A DNA stretch of 64,000 bases, taken from the NCBI GenBank assembly GCA_903919615.1, contig CAIXIX010000588.1, positions 22,324-86,323 of the forward strand, in the 5' to 3' direction. The notes beneath the pieces are model-generated. The model did no database searches. It saw nothing but the letters and a program-made list of their open reading frames with translations, and was not told where the DNA came from. Position numbers and translations under genes: made by a program. Source of the DNA: an uncultured Chthonomonas sp. GTDB lineage: Bacteria > Armatimonadota > Chthonomonadetes > Chthonomonadales > Chthonomonadaceae. Every line of letters begins with the position of its first letter. The stretch's first letter is position 1. Below, piece by piece: positions 8,831 to 16,717 of the stretch.

Positions 8831-8890
8831 ACCTCTTCTACTTCTTCTTCATCATCCTCAACGACCTCAAAGACTTCATAGACCTTCTGA
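8831..8890 (-). repeat. Post-stop 9-nt-periodic repeat cassette, copy A4
   Basis: Minus sense reads TCAGAAGGTCTATGAAGTCTTTGAGGTCGTTGAGGATGATGAAGAAGAAGTAGAAGAGGT. It starts 6 nt after stop 8897-8899. Confidence 0.8.
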
Positions 8891-8896
8891 CCCGAC

Positions 8897-11023
8897 CTAC
8901 TTCGCGTAGATCTCCACTTCGCGGAGCATGATCTGATGCGCACCCGTCTGACCGCCGGCCATCACCACATCCTGTGTTGCGCCACCACCCCAGGTAGTAT
9001 CGTGCACAAGCAGTCGGATTTTGCTGGTTACTACCGGCTTGAAGGAATGCTGGAAGATCCACCGGTCGGTGGCGAAGCTGTCGACCGTGGTGCGCGTTAC
9101 TGAGGTGTAGACCTTGATGGTTCTGGCTGGCTCGCTTACACGATCCACTGTAACCCACTTACCGCTCTGATCTACCTGAAGCTCATAATCGAGCAGGGAT
9201 GCCATCCACTGCCACGGATTGCCGGAGAAGACTAGAACGCGGGAGACCTTTTGAGGCGAAGGAAGGTCGATCTCGACCCAGGCTGGGAAGCCCTTCGTAT
9301 CATCCATCCAGGGCTGCGTGTCTCGCTGCTGATTCCAGTACCAGTTCTCGTAGACACCATTTATTATCTTCTTGATGTTATTATCGATCCGCTTGTCCAG
9401 CGGGTGCTGTCCCGTTCCGGACGCGGAAGCGGTAACTCCAGCCTGAAGTGCGAGGTTCGGGCCGAAATCGATAGGAATCGGCGTGATCTGCTGGTCTTTT
9501 GTTGGCTCAACGTAAACTGGCAGTTGAGGAACTGGCAGATCAACCTTACCGGCGCGCACGGGCAGATCGCTCTCCACGCCGAATGCGGAAACGATGTGCA
9601 GCTTCGAGCCTGAGCTGACTTTGATCTCAATGTGTCCGTCGGTGCTGCCGGCGCTCTGGAATGCTGCAACACGCTTGCCGGGACCAGTAAAGATGCTGCC
9701 CAGGTAGAGCGTGTTGCCATTGGCGCCCAAATCGTAGCTATGGGCGAAACGGGTTCCGTAAAGCTCTTCAGACCAGACGCGCATGAGCGGCGCAGCAGGG
9801 TTCAGGCTCCCATCCTCGTTCTCCCACCACGTGGGGAATTCCCAGAAACCATGGCTCCGATCATACCAGAGATGGTTGTGCTCCTTCGGAATGCCGTACT
9901 GCTCATAGACCATCATCTCCAACGTGGTCCACCGCGCCTGATGACCAGGCTGATACGAGCCATACATCGCAGCGAAAAAGCCCTGTTCGGTTTGCCACTT
10001 CTCAATCTTCTCAAGGCCATATTTCGCTAAGAGCGCTTTGAGGCTATCCATACCTTTACGTGCCAGCCACAGGTCGCCGTTTACCGTGTTGTAAGCATGG
10101 AAAGAGAAGGCATCGATATACTTCCCGCCATCCGCCTTCAGGAAATCCTCTATCCAATTTAATCCAGAGCCAAATGGTCCGATAGAAACGGTGCCAGGAC
10201 CGAGCACTTTCAGCTTTGGATCGACGCTCTTGACCGTTTCGTAGAACGGTTTCATCTCATTGACTACAAAGTTGGCGCCTGTACTGCCGCCATTGGGTTC
10301 ATTGCGCGGCTCCCAGTACTCCACATCGTTCTTAAAGTGTTCGACGATTTTGCGAACGCCATCCAGGTTCTTCGTGCCATTCGGAAAGGCGACCATAAGC
10401 GCCCGCTTCCGTAGCGGATCGTAGGGCAGATAGTATGTCTTATCGAGCTCGATATCTGCTTCCAGCTTACGGATTGATTCGTCTGGCTTGTTGGCGTCCA
10501 CCGCATGGCGCTGTGGTCCCATGCCGGTAACACCTCGCATCGGCTCATCCATAGCGGGATAGGAGCCGTAAGGCGTGCCCTTAGGAGGCAGGTCTGGAAA
10601 GCCAGACTTCTTGCGAAAGACGACAAAGGTGGTGCCTCCAACCTCTGTACCGAAGGGAGGATGCGCCTCAGAACCGTAAACATACAGCTTGTACCAGCCG
10701 GGCGGCTGCGGCTTGATACTGATCTGCGTGCCGTCGCCAGTGGTGCCACGATCGAGGATGTCTCCCTCGAATCCACGGACCTCCCAGTTGATCGCTCCGT
10801 TGCCTTTAATGCTGAACTGGATTGGTTCGCCGACCATAAACACTGGATTCCGTTTACCAGAATCGAGAGTCACCAGGCCGGGCCGCTTCGTTTTAACCCA
10901 ACCCTGACCACGCATAGGCGCGGCGCCGAGAATGAGGACAGTTGTAACTACGGGAAGAATGCAAACGAGATATTTCAAGCTAAACCTGATCCTATACGCA
11001 AAAAAGTCAATGGCCCGGCTCAT
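8897..11023 (-). CDS. Secreted clan GH-A glycoside hydrolase with C-terminal F5/8 type C (discoidin) domain
   Basis: 708-aa ORF with an N-terminal hydrophobic signal. YWEPRNEPNG resembles the NEP acid/base motif of clan GH-A. The C-terminal ~150 aa (PAWVEIDLPSPQKVSRVLVFSG...YELQVDQSGKWVTV) is discoidin-like. Confidence 0.75.
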   Translation of the reverse strand: MSRAIDFFAYRIRFSLKYLVCILPVVTTVLILGAAPMRGQGWVKTKRPGLVTLDSGKRNPVFMVGEPIQFSIKGNGAINWEVRGFEGDILDRGTTGDGTQISIKPQPPGWYKLYVYGSEAHPPFGTEVGGTTFVVFRKKSGFPDLPPKGTPYGSYPAMDEPMRGVTGMGPQRHAVDANKPDESIRKLEADIELDKTYYLPYDPLRKRALMVAFPNGTKNLDGVRKIVEHFKNDVEYWEPRNEPNGGSTGANFVVNEMKPFYETVKSVDPKLKVLGPGTVSIGPFGSGLNWIEDFLKADGGKYIDAFSFHAYNTVNGDLWLARKGMDSLKALLAKYGLEKIEKWQTEQGFFAAMYGSYQPGHQARWTTLEMMVYEQYGIPKEHNHLWYDRSHGFWEFPTWWENEDGSLNPAAPLMRVWSEELYGTRFAHSYDLGANGNTLYLGSIFTGPGKRVAAFQSAGSTDGHIEIKVSSGSKLHIVSAFGVESDLPVRAGKVDLPVPQLPVYVEPTKDQQITPIPIDFGPNLALQAGVTASASGTGQHPLDKRIDNNIKKIINGVYENWYWNQQRDTQPWMDDTKGFPAWVEIDLPSPQKVSRVLVFSGNPWQWMASLLDYELQVDQSGKWVTVDRVSEPARTIKVYTSVTRTTVDSFATDRWIFQHSFKPVVTSKIRLLVHDTTWGGGATQDVVMAGGQTGAHQIMLREVEIYAK

Positions 11024-11072
11024 CCGTGAGCCAGGCCATTGAAACCAGTTATGTTAATCGTATGAGAAGCGA

Positions 11073-11678
11073 TTAGGCGCGAACGCTTTTTCGGCGCAGC
11101 CTTCGCTTTGCAACCATGAGCCCCGTTACGCCCATGCCTGCAAGCATTGCATTTACGCCTGGCTCTGGCACCATAGCGAACTGTGCCGTAAAGTGGGACG
11201 TAGGCGTAAGACCTGTTATAACCAGGTGACCATTCGCAGTCTGGAGGTTGTTACCGTTGCCAGGGCCAAGCACGGCAGGGCCGGTGAGATTGATTGGCGT
11301 CGACAGTGTGTAGGTTGAAAGGCTCGGATTACTTGTTGCGATAAAGGCACCCGTCGTAAGGTCATAAAGACCAACCGACGTATTCGGCTGAGTATTGTAG
11401 AACAGGATAGAATCTAGCATCTTGTCAGTAAGGTTACCAACGGTTACACCCGTAAAAGGCTGCGGTATCGAAGCCGAATAAAAGCCGCCGCCGTTGTTCA
11501 CCACCTGGCTCAACGCTGTAAATCCCTGGAAGGATATCGTCTGATTGGTAAACGCTACGCCGTCAAGAGACCCGGAACCAACGAAGCTCTCAGTAAACAG
11601 AATTACCTGGGCATGAGCACTGGCACAAGCTACAAATAACCCTGCAGTAAGGACTAGTTTATTAATACATCGGAGCAC
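11073..11678 (-). CDS. PEP-CTERM sorting-domain secreted protein
   Basis: GTG start and signal peptide ending AHA. C-terminus VPEPGVNAMLAGMGVTGLMVAKRRLRRK has the PEP motif, a TM helix and a basic tail. Confidence 0.8.
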   Translation of the reverse strand: MLRCINKLVLTAGLFVACASAHAQVILFTESFVGSGSLDGVAFTNQTISFQGFTALSQVVNNGGGFYSASIPQPFTGVTVGNLTDKMLDSILFYNTQPNTSVGLYDLTTGAFIATSNPSLSTYTLSTPINLTGPAVLGPGNGNNLQTANGHLVITGLTPTSHFTAQFAMVPEPGVNAMLAGMGVTGLMVAKRRLRRKSVRA

Positions 11679-12078
11679 GGCTTGTTCACCTTTCGTGGCG
11701 AGACATCCTAACTTCGGATATTGCGGATGCGAAATGTTGCTTCACAGAATTTCAGATGCAACTCTGGAATCTGGAATACCTGCATATAGGATACCAGATG
11801 AACAGAAACAGCACAATAGATTCTTGTAGATAGTTGACGAAAGAGCTAAAATTGTTTACTTTCAAGCTAGATTGAGCTCGCATCAAGAAGTCTAAGGGCA
11901 TGGGTGACGCCTCAAAAAGCCCAGCCTTTATCATAAACCAGTGAAATATTGACTCTGTGATCGGTAATAGCGAGCGGATAATATAATAACGTAACGTCAA
12001 TCTTAAGTGCCAGGAACCGCCCATGCAGGGTACTATTGCCACTTCTCGTGTGTTGACCGCGTGCCCCGGAGATGCCCT

Positions 12079-13401
12079 ATGAAACTGACCCAAATGGACC
12101 GACGCAACTTTCTTAACCACGCAGGCAAGGGGCTTGGCGTTGCCGCACTCTCGTGCGCGGCAGTTGGTTCCCTCCTCGATGACACGCTTGCAGCAGTGAA
12201 CACTGTCGCACATTTATCTGTTGAAGAGGCGGCCATGCAGGAGGACTTCTGGTTCGAGATTCAGAGATCCTTCACCGTCACGCGTGGAATTGTTAACCTG
12301 AACAACGGGGGTGTTTCACCCAGCCCACGCCTTGTTACGGAAGCTCTGGTTCGGTACATCTGGCAGCAAGAGGATGCGACGGCCTACACGATGTGGCAGC
12401 TTCTCGAGCCACAATCCGAAACGATTCGAACGGGGCTGGCACAACTCTTCGGCTGTGACCGTGAGGAGATCGCAATTACACGAAATGCATCGGACTCGCT
12501 TGAAACTCTGCTGCTCGGGTTCGATTTGAAGCCGGGCGACGAAATCCTGACAACAACTCAGGACTATGGCCGCATGCTCAACACGATGCGTCAGCGGGAG
12601 TTGCGAGATGGAATTAAGCTTAAGCTGATTAAGATACCGGTGCCGCCTAAGCACGTTGAAGAGATCACCGATGCGTACGAGAGAGCCATCACTCCACGCA
12701 CGCGACTGATCCAGATTGCCCACCAGATTAATCTTACGGGCCAGATTATGCCGGTAAAAGCGGTTTGTGATATGGCGAGAGCGAAGGGTGTTGAGACCAT
12801 TGTTGATGGTGCGCACACCTTTGCGCAGTTTCACTTTAAGCAGGCCGATCTTAATTGCGATTACTATGGCACCAGCCTGCATAAATGGCTCTACGCTCCA
12901 AAGGGTACGGGCATGCTCTATGTGAAGCACGATAAGATCTCGAAAATCTGGCCGCTGCTCGCCTCCGACAAAAAGCAGGCGAGTGATATCCGCAAGTTTG
13001 AAGAGATAGGCACACACTCGGCTGCGCCGAAGCTGGCAATTGGCGAAGCGCTCCTTTTTCATCATGGAATTGGAGGCGAACGGAAGGAAGCGCGACTGCG
13101 ATATCTATCTCGATATTGGATGGATCGGCTGAAAGATGTGCCGAAGATTCGGTTCAATACCTCCTTCGATCCAGCTCAGATGTGCGCGATCGCCAATGTG
13201 CAGATTGAGGGCCAGGATATCGGCAAAGTCACTGGCTACCTGTTTGATAAGCATCGAATTCTGGTAACGCCAATAGTTCACGACGAGTTCCAGGGATTGC
13301 GTGTGACGCCGAACGTATACACGACGCTTCCGGAACTTGACCGATTCTGTGAAGTGATCGAGACCATCGCACGCAAAGGACTGCCAACGGTAACCGGGTA
13401 A
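12079..13401 (+). CDS. Class V aminotransferase-fold PLP enzyme (cysteine desulfurase / isopenicillin-N epimerase-like) with twin-arginine signal
   Basis: Start moved to ATG 12079, giving MKLTQMDRRNFLNHAGKGLGVAALSCAA (Tat motif RRNFL). SLHKWLYAPKGTG is a PLP-lysine region typical of class V enzymes. Confidence 0.8.
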   Translation: MKLTQMDRRNFLNHAGKGLGVAALSCAAVGSLLDDTLAAVNTVAHLSVEEAAMQEDFWFEIQRSFTVTRGIVNLNNGGVSPSPRLVTEALVRYIWQQEDATAYTMWQLLEPQSETIRTGLAQLFGCDREEIAITRNASDSLETLLLGFDLKPGDEILTTTQDYGRMLNTMRQRELRDGIKLKLIKIPVPPKHVEEITDAYERAITPRTRLIQIAHQINLTGQIMPVKAVCDMARAKGVETIVDGAHTFAQFHFKQADLNCDYYGTSLHKWLYAPKGTGMLYVKHDKISKIWPLLASDKKQASDIRKFEEIGTHSAAPKLAIGEALLFHHGIGGERKEARLRYLSRYWMDRLKDVPKIRFNTSFDPAQMCAIANVQIEGQDIGKVTGYLFDKHRILVTPIVHDEFQGLRVTPNVYTTLPELDRFCEVIETIARKGLPTVTG

Positions 13402-13423
13402 TGCGGTAATGCGGTAGTTGGTT
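13397..13423 (+). repeat. G/T-rich short tandem tract, copy B2
   Basis: GGTAATGCGGTAATGCGGTAGTTGGTT. The first unit contains stop codon TAA 13399-13401. Confidence 0.7.
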
Positions 13424-13550
13424 CGCCTGCCGGACGAATGCTGCGAAGGCGCCCGGTTCAACCGCATGCCTAAATCGTTTTGCCACCATGATGCATAGTC
13501 CTCGGCTCCATAGAGATACACAGCCTGATCCACGCCTCCATGATATTGGG

Positions 13551-13973
13551 TTACGATTTAGCAGCTAGCGTCTTTTTGAGCAGATTAGCTACTGCGGTCG
13601 CATTGTGAGCCTCTGTCTCCTGTAGGGGAGTATTCCCATTGGCATTTAGAGCATCAAGTTGTGCGCCACGTTCTATTAGAATTTGGGCGACTGCACGCTG
13701 ATTGCCATGAGCAGCGGCATGCAACGGCGTATCTCCCCAGTGCGTATTCTCATTCTTAGCCTGAATGTCGGCTCCTGCATCTAGTAGCAGCGCGACCATT
13801 TCGGGATGTCCCTTCCAGGAAGCGCAGTGCAGCGGAGTTGAACCATCCGTGTCCCGAGCGTCAATTACCGCTGGACAGGCTTGAAGAATTGCCCTTGCCG
13901 AGTCGATATCGCCCGCTTTGGCGGCTTTGATCATTTGTTTAGCGGTTGCCGCGCTGAACAGCTCATCTGCCAT
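13551..13973 (-). CDS. Ankyrin-repeat protein
   Basis: Repeats DGSTPLHCASWKGHPEMVALLLDAGADIQAKN, GDTPLHAAAHGNQRAVAQILIERGAQLDALN and NGNTPLQ. GAAGGGG Shine-Dalgarno upstream of the ATG. Confidence 0.85.
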   Translation of the reverse strand: MADELFSAATAKQMIKAAKAGDIDSARAILQACPAVIDARDTDGSTPLHCASWKGHPEMVALLLDAGADIQAKNENTHWGDTPLHAAAHGNQRAVAQILIERGAQLDALNANGNTPLQETEAHNATAVANLLKKTLAAKS

Positions 13974-14124
13974 TGATCGCCCCCTTCATAATGATGCGCA
14001 ACTATTGCACGGTGCAAATGCAAATTCCTTTGCAACGAAGAAGGAACATCCTCAGGCGTGCCACTGTCTTCCAAGCGGCGACTCGACGACACTGCTATTC
14101 GACGCCGAAAGGAAGAAAGAAGCT

Positions 14125-14271
14125 ATGAGGACTATCGTTGCAATCCTGATCATCATGTGGCTTTTAGGATTTTCATTCCATGTAGGCGGCGGATTAATCC
14201 ACCTGATACTTGTCGTCGCCGTGATCATGTTTGTCTATGACATGTTAGTGGGCCGCAGAACCGTTCTGTAA
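14125..14271 (+). CDS. Small two-TM membrane protein (lmo0937-like family)
   Basis: 48-aa product MRTIVAILIIMWLLGFSFHVGGGLIHLILVVAVIMFVYDMLVGRRTVL, taken from the 3' part of track ORF 13918..14271. A purine-rich RBS precedes ATG 14125. Confidence 0.6.
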   Translation: MRTIVAILIIMWLLGFSFHVGGGLIHLILVVAVIMFVYDMLVGRRTVL

Positions 14272-14423
14272 CGTTGGCCATTTAACCTGATCATAAGGCT
14301 TGGTTATCCATTCCGGAAGTCATCTGGCCTGCACTGTTCTCCACTCTGTGCAAGGCGACTTTCAGTGAAATGATTATACACCAATACCAGCACGCATGTG
14401 GACTGCTCAGAGAGGGAACTTGC

Positions 14424-14717
14424 ATGAAGAGATTTTATTACGGTTTGATACTAACTTCGTTGATTGGCTTTGTCGGGTGTACTCAGGTTAACCCGCCCAC
14501 CGATACCACCAAAACAGTTATCGTCGATCGACCCGCGCGTGATCGGACGACCGTCGTCGTTCCTACGAACACGCCTGGGCAGGACGGAAAACCAGGGGCT
14601 GCCGGTGCGACCGGCGCAACTGGGACCTCTGGTGCGGACGGCGCACCTGGTGCGGCGGGCGCCCCCGGAGCAGCAGGCGCGCCAGGCACTCCAGGATCTA
14701 CTGGTCCGGACAAGTAA
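14424..14717 (+). CDS. Lipoprotein with collagen-like G-X-Y repeat tail
   Basis: MKRFYYGLILTSLIGFVGC lipobox from ATG 14424. The C-terminal half is 15 uninterrupted G-X-Y triplets (GQDGKPGAAGATGATG...GTPGSTGPD). Confidence 0.7.
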   Translation: MKRFYYGLILTSLIGFVGCTQVNPPTDTTKTVIVDRPARDRTTVVVPTNTPGQDGKPGAAGATGATGTSGADGAPGAAGAPGAAGAPGTPGSTGPDK

Positions 14718-14727
14718 CGAGAAAATG

Positions 14728-14760
14728 TAGGGCTTAGGTGTTAGGTAATGGGGCGGACAC
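14728..14760 (+). repeat. G/T-rich short tandem tract, copy B3
   Basis: TAGGGCTTAGGTGTTAGGTAATGGGGCGGACAC, starting 11 nt after stop 14717. It also forms the left arm of a hairpin. Confidence 0.7.
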
Positions 14761-14768
14761 CAAGCCCT
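14730..14768. terminator. Hairpin between convergent genes
   Basis: GGGCTTAGGTGT ... ACACCAAGCCC with a 1-nt bulge. Lies between stops 14717(+) and 14776(-). Confidence 0.45.
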
Positions 14769-14775
14769 AACGAAG

Positions 14776-15894
14776 CTACCGCGGCAAGACTATTCGCTTA
14801 CCAGACTGCGCGGACTTGCGCGCGGTATCGAGAATCTCCGTAACAATCATATTGTTCTCAAGAGATGATAGTCCCGACGGTTTGGTTTCGCCGCGAACCA
14901 CTGCGATAAGATACGAAAGAGCGTCTTTCCACTTCGGCTGCGCTGGCGACAGGGTTTCCTCACGCTTGCCAGGCAGCCGCACGCGGAGATTGCCGCCGCC
15001 AGTTGCAATCGCATAGCCGCTCTCACCATAAACCTCTAGGTCCTTGCGCCCTGTTGGCCAGTTCCAGGACGCCTGGATTATGCCCAGCGCCTTAGGATAC
15101 TCCACCAAAATCGTTGCCTCATCGTCCACCTGAGCGTAGATCTGCGGTTTGAACTGCTGTGTGACAGCGGTAACTGCGATCGGACGCTGATTTTCCATCA
15201 GCCAGGTCATCAGGTTGGCGCCATAGCAGCCGAAATCGAATAGCGCTCCTGCTCCATTCAGCTTTGGATCGATAAGAAAGCTGAGAAAATCCGGTCCAAC
15301 GCCGATCTCTTTCGGCCCCTGATGCCCATCCATCGCGACCATCTTACGAATGTCGCCAATTGCTGACTGCTGTTTTAGCTCCCAGATAGCACCGTGGCTG
15401 GCATACCAGGTCGTTTCGTAGTTGACAACAACCGGGATGCCGGCTCGAGCAGCTGAATTTTGAATTCTGCGCGCGTGCTCCATGCTCACCGCCAGGGGCT
15501 TTTCCATCATGACTGGAACATGGTGTGACGCGCACGCCTCCACCACCATCGCATGATCGAATGTGTTTGTAAACGTCGCGACAGCGTCTGGCTTGGAAGT
15601 CGCCAGCATCTTGTTGAGGTCAGTAAAGAACAGCGCGTCAGGAAGTCCATAACGCTGTGCATACTGGCGTGCTAACTCGGCTTTGGGCTCATAGATCGCA
15701 ACGACCTCGACATCTTTCCGCTCCAGAGCTGGCCGTAACATGCCATCCACATGCCCATGAACGAGCCCTGCGATGGCAAGGCGGACTGGCTTTTGCGCCA
15801 GGGCGCACTGCCCCTGGACAATACCGGTGAGCATGAGAGTAACTGCAAGAAAAGCAGTAGCTTTAGCAATTGAGCGAAACAGTGCTGGCTGCAT
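14776..15894 (-). CDS. Gfo/Idh/MocA-family NAD(P)-dependent oxidoreductase with signal peptide
   Basis: N-terminal signal, then the Rossmann start VRLAIAGLVHGHV and the EKP motif (MMEKPLAVS) typical of the family. Confidence 0.85.
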   Translation of the reverse strand: MQPALFRSIAKATAFLAVTLMLTGIVQGQCALAQKPVRLAIAGLVHGHVDGMLRPALERKDVEVVAIYEPKAELARQYAQRYGLPDALFFTDLNKMLATSKPDAVATFTNTFDHAMVVEACASHHVPVMMEKPLAVSMEHARRIQNSAARAGIPVVVNYETTWYASHGAIWELKQQSAIGDIRKMVAMDGHQGPKEIGVGPDFLSFLIDPKLNGAGALFDFGCYGANLMTWLMENQRPIAVTAVTQQFKPQIYAQVDDEATILVEYPKALGIIQASWNWPTGRKDLEVYGESGYAIATGGGNLRVRLPGKREETLSPAQPKWKDALSYLIAVVRGETKPSGLSSLENNMIVTEILDTARKSAQSGKRIVLPR

Positions 15895-16002
15895 TGAAAT
15901 GCCCTCAGATCACACGACCTTAAATCGGTAAATTGATTGTATATTAAACCACTAATAACCAGATGCACGAGGCAGAATAGCAACATCCAAATAGGAATGA
16001 TC

Positions 16003-16094
16003 TTATCCCCCTCCCCTACCTAGCACTTTCCGTTCGGATCTTGCGCAAACACATGCGCGGAGCACGCGGGAGAGGACCAATGCGCGCCTCCGGA
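16003..16094 (+). repeat. Palindromic C-rich/G-rich intergenic element, copy C1
   Basis: Left arm TTATCCCCCTCCCCTACCTAGC. Right arm CGCGGGAGAGGACCAATGCGCGCCTCCGGA. Confidence 0.7.
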
Positions 16095-16154
16095 AGCTAA
16101 CGCATCGCGATCAACACGTGTGTATTTCATTCAATCGTGATAGCGAGGTCCAGG

Positions 16155-16655
16155 ATGGAAATTGAAATTCGATCCGCCACTGCGGATGATGCAGAAACCA
16201 TTGTCGCGATCTATCGCTCTTCAAAGCTGGCATCGCTCCCGGAACTCGTGGAGAGCTACGACCACGATGTCACCTTCCTTACAAACCGCTGGCGCAGCTA
16301 CATCGCTGACGGAAGCCGCGCTCAAATGTCGAAGGGAGATGGGTTCGTTTTTATTGCCTATGCCGAACAGACGCCAGTTGGTTATGCGGCGTATCATCAC
16401 ACCGCGCGGCACAGTGTAGATGCGGAGCTGCAATCTCTCTATGTGCTCCCCGATGCGCAGGGAACAGGAGTAGGCACAGCGCTGGTGCATTTGATTGTTG
16501 CGCGCCTTGTAGATGAGGGATCTAAATCGATGTGTGTGGGATATGATCCTCGAAACCCGTATCGCAGGTTCTATTGGAAGCATGGGGCCGTTGAGATCAA
16601 TCCGCATTGGGCCATATGGGGAGATGTTCGGAGCTGCCTGCCGCCAAAAGAATAG
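16155..16655 (+). CDS. GNAT-family N-acetyltransferase
   Basis: MEIEIRSATADDAETIVAIY start plus the acetyl-CoA loop QGTGVGTALV. The track start, GTG 16137, is an alternative. Confidence 0.8.
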   Translation: MEIEIRSATADDAETIVAIYRSSKLASLPELVESYDHDVTFLTNRWRSYIADGSRAQMSKGDGFVFIAYAEQTPVGYAAYHHTARHSVDAELQSLYVLPDAQGTGVGTALVHLIVARLVDEGSKSMCVGYDPRNPYRRFYWKHGAVEINPHWAIWGDVRSCLPPKE

Positions 16656-16717
16656 CAGGAACCACTCGCTTAGAAAGCCAACCTCTACGCTAACGCTTTA
16701 CACCGTAAGAGATTATT

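Noticed and set aside
1703-8890. Interpreting the 9-mer cassettes as conserved C-terminal extensions reached by stop-codon read-through.
   Set aside because: Copy 3 needs read-through of both TGA and TAA. Copy 4 is in the +1 frame. The shared distal 20-mer of copies 1 and 2 is in different frames relative to the 9-mers. Conservation therefore looks nucleotide-level. I kept it as an open finding rather than annotating CDS.
11764-11777. Contiguous CTGGAAT CTGGAAT duplication in the AT-rich divergent spacer 11679-12078.
   Set aside because: There are only two units, no second occurrence in the window and no associated palindrome. It is probably a chance feature of an AT-rich promoter region.
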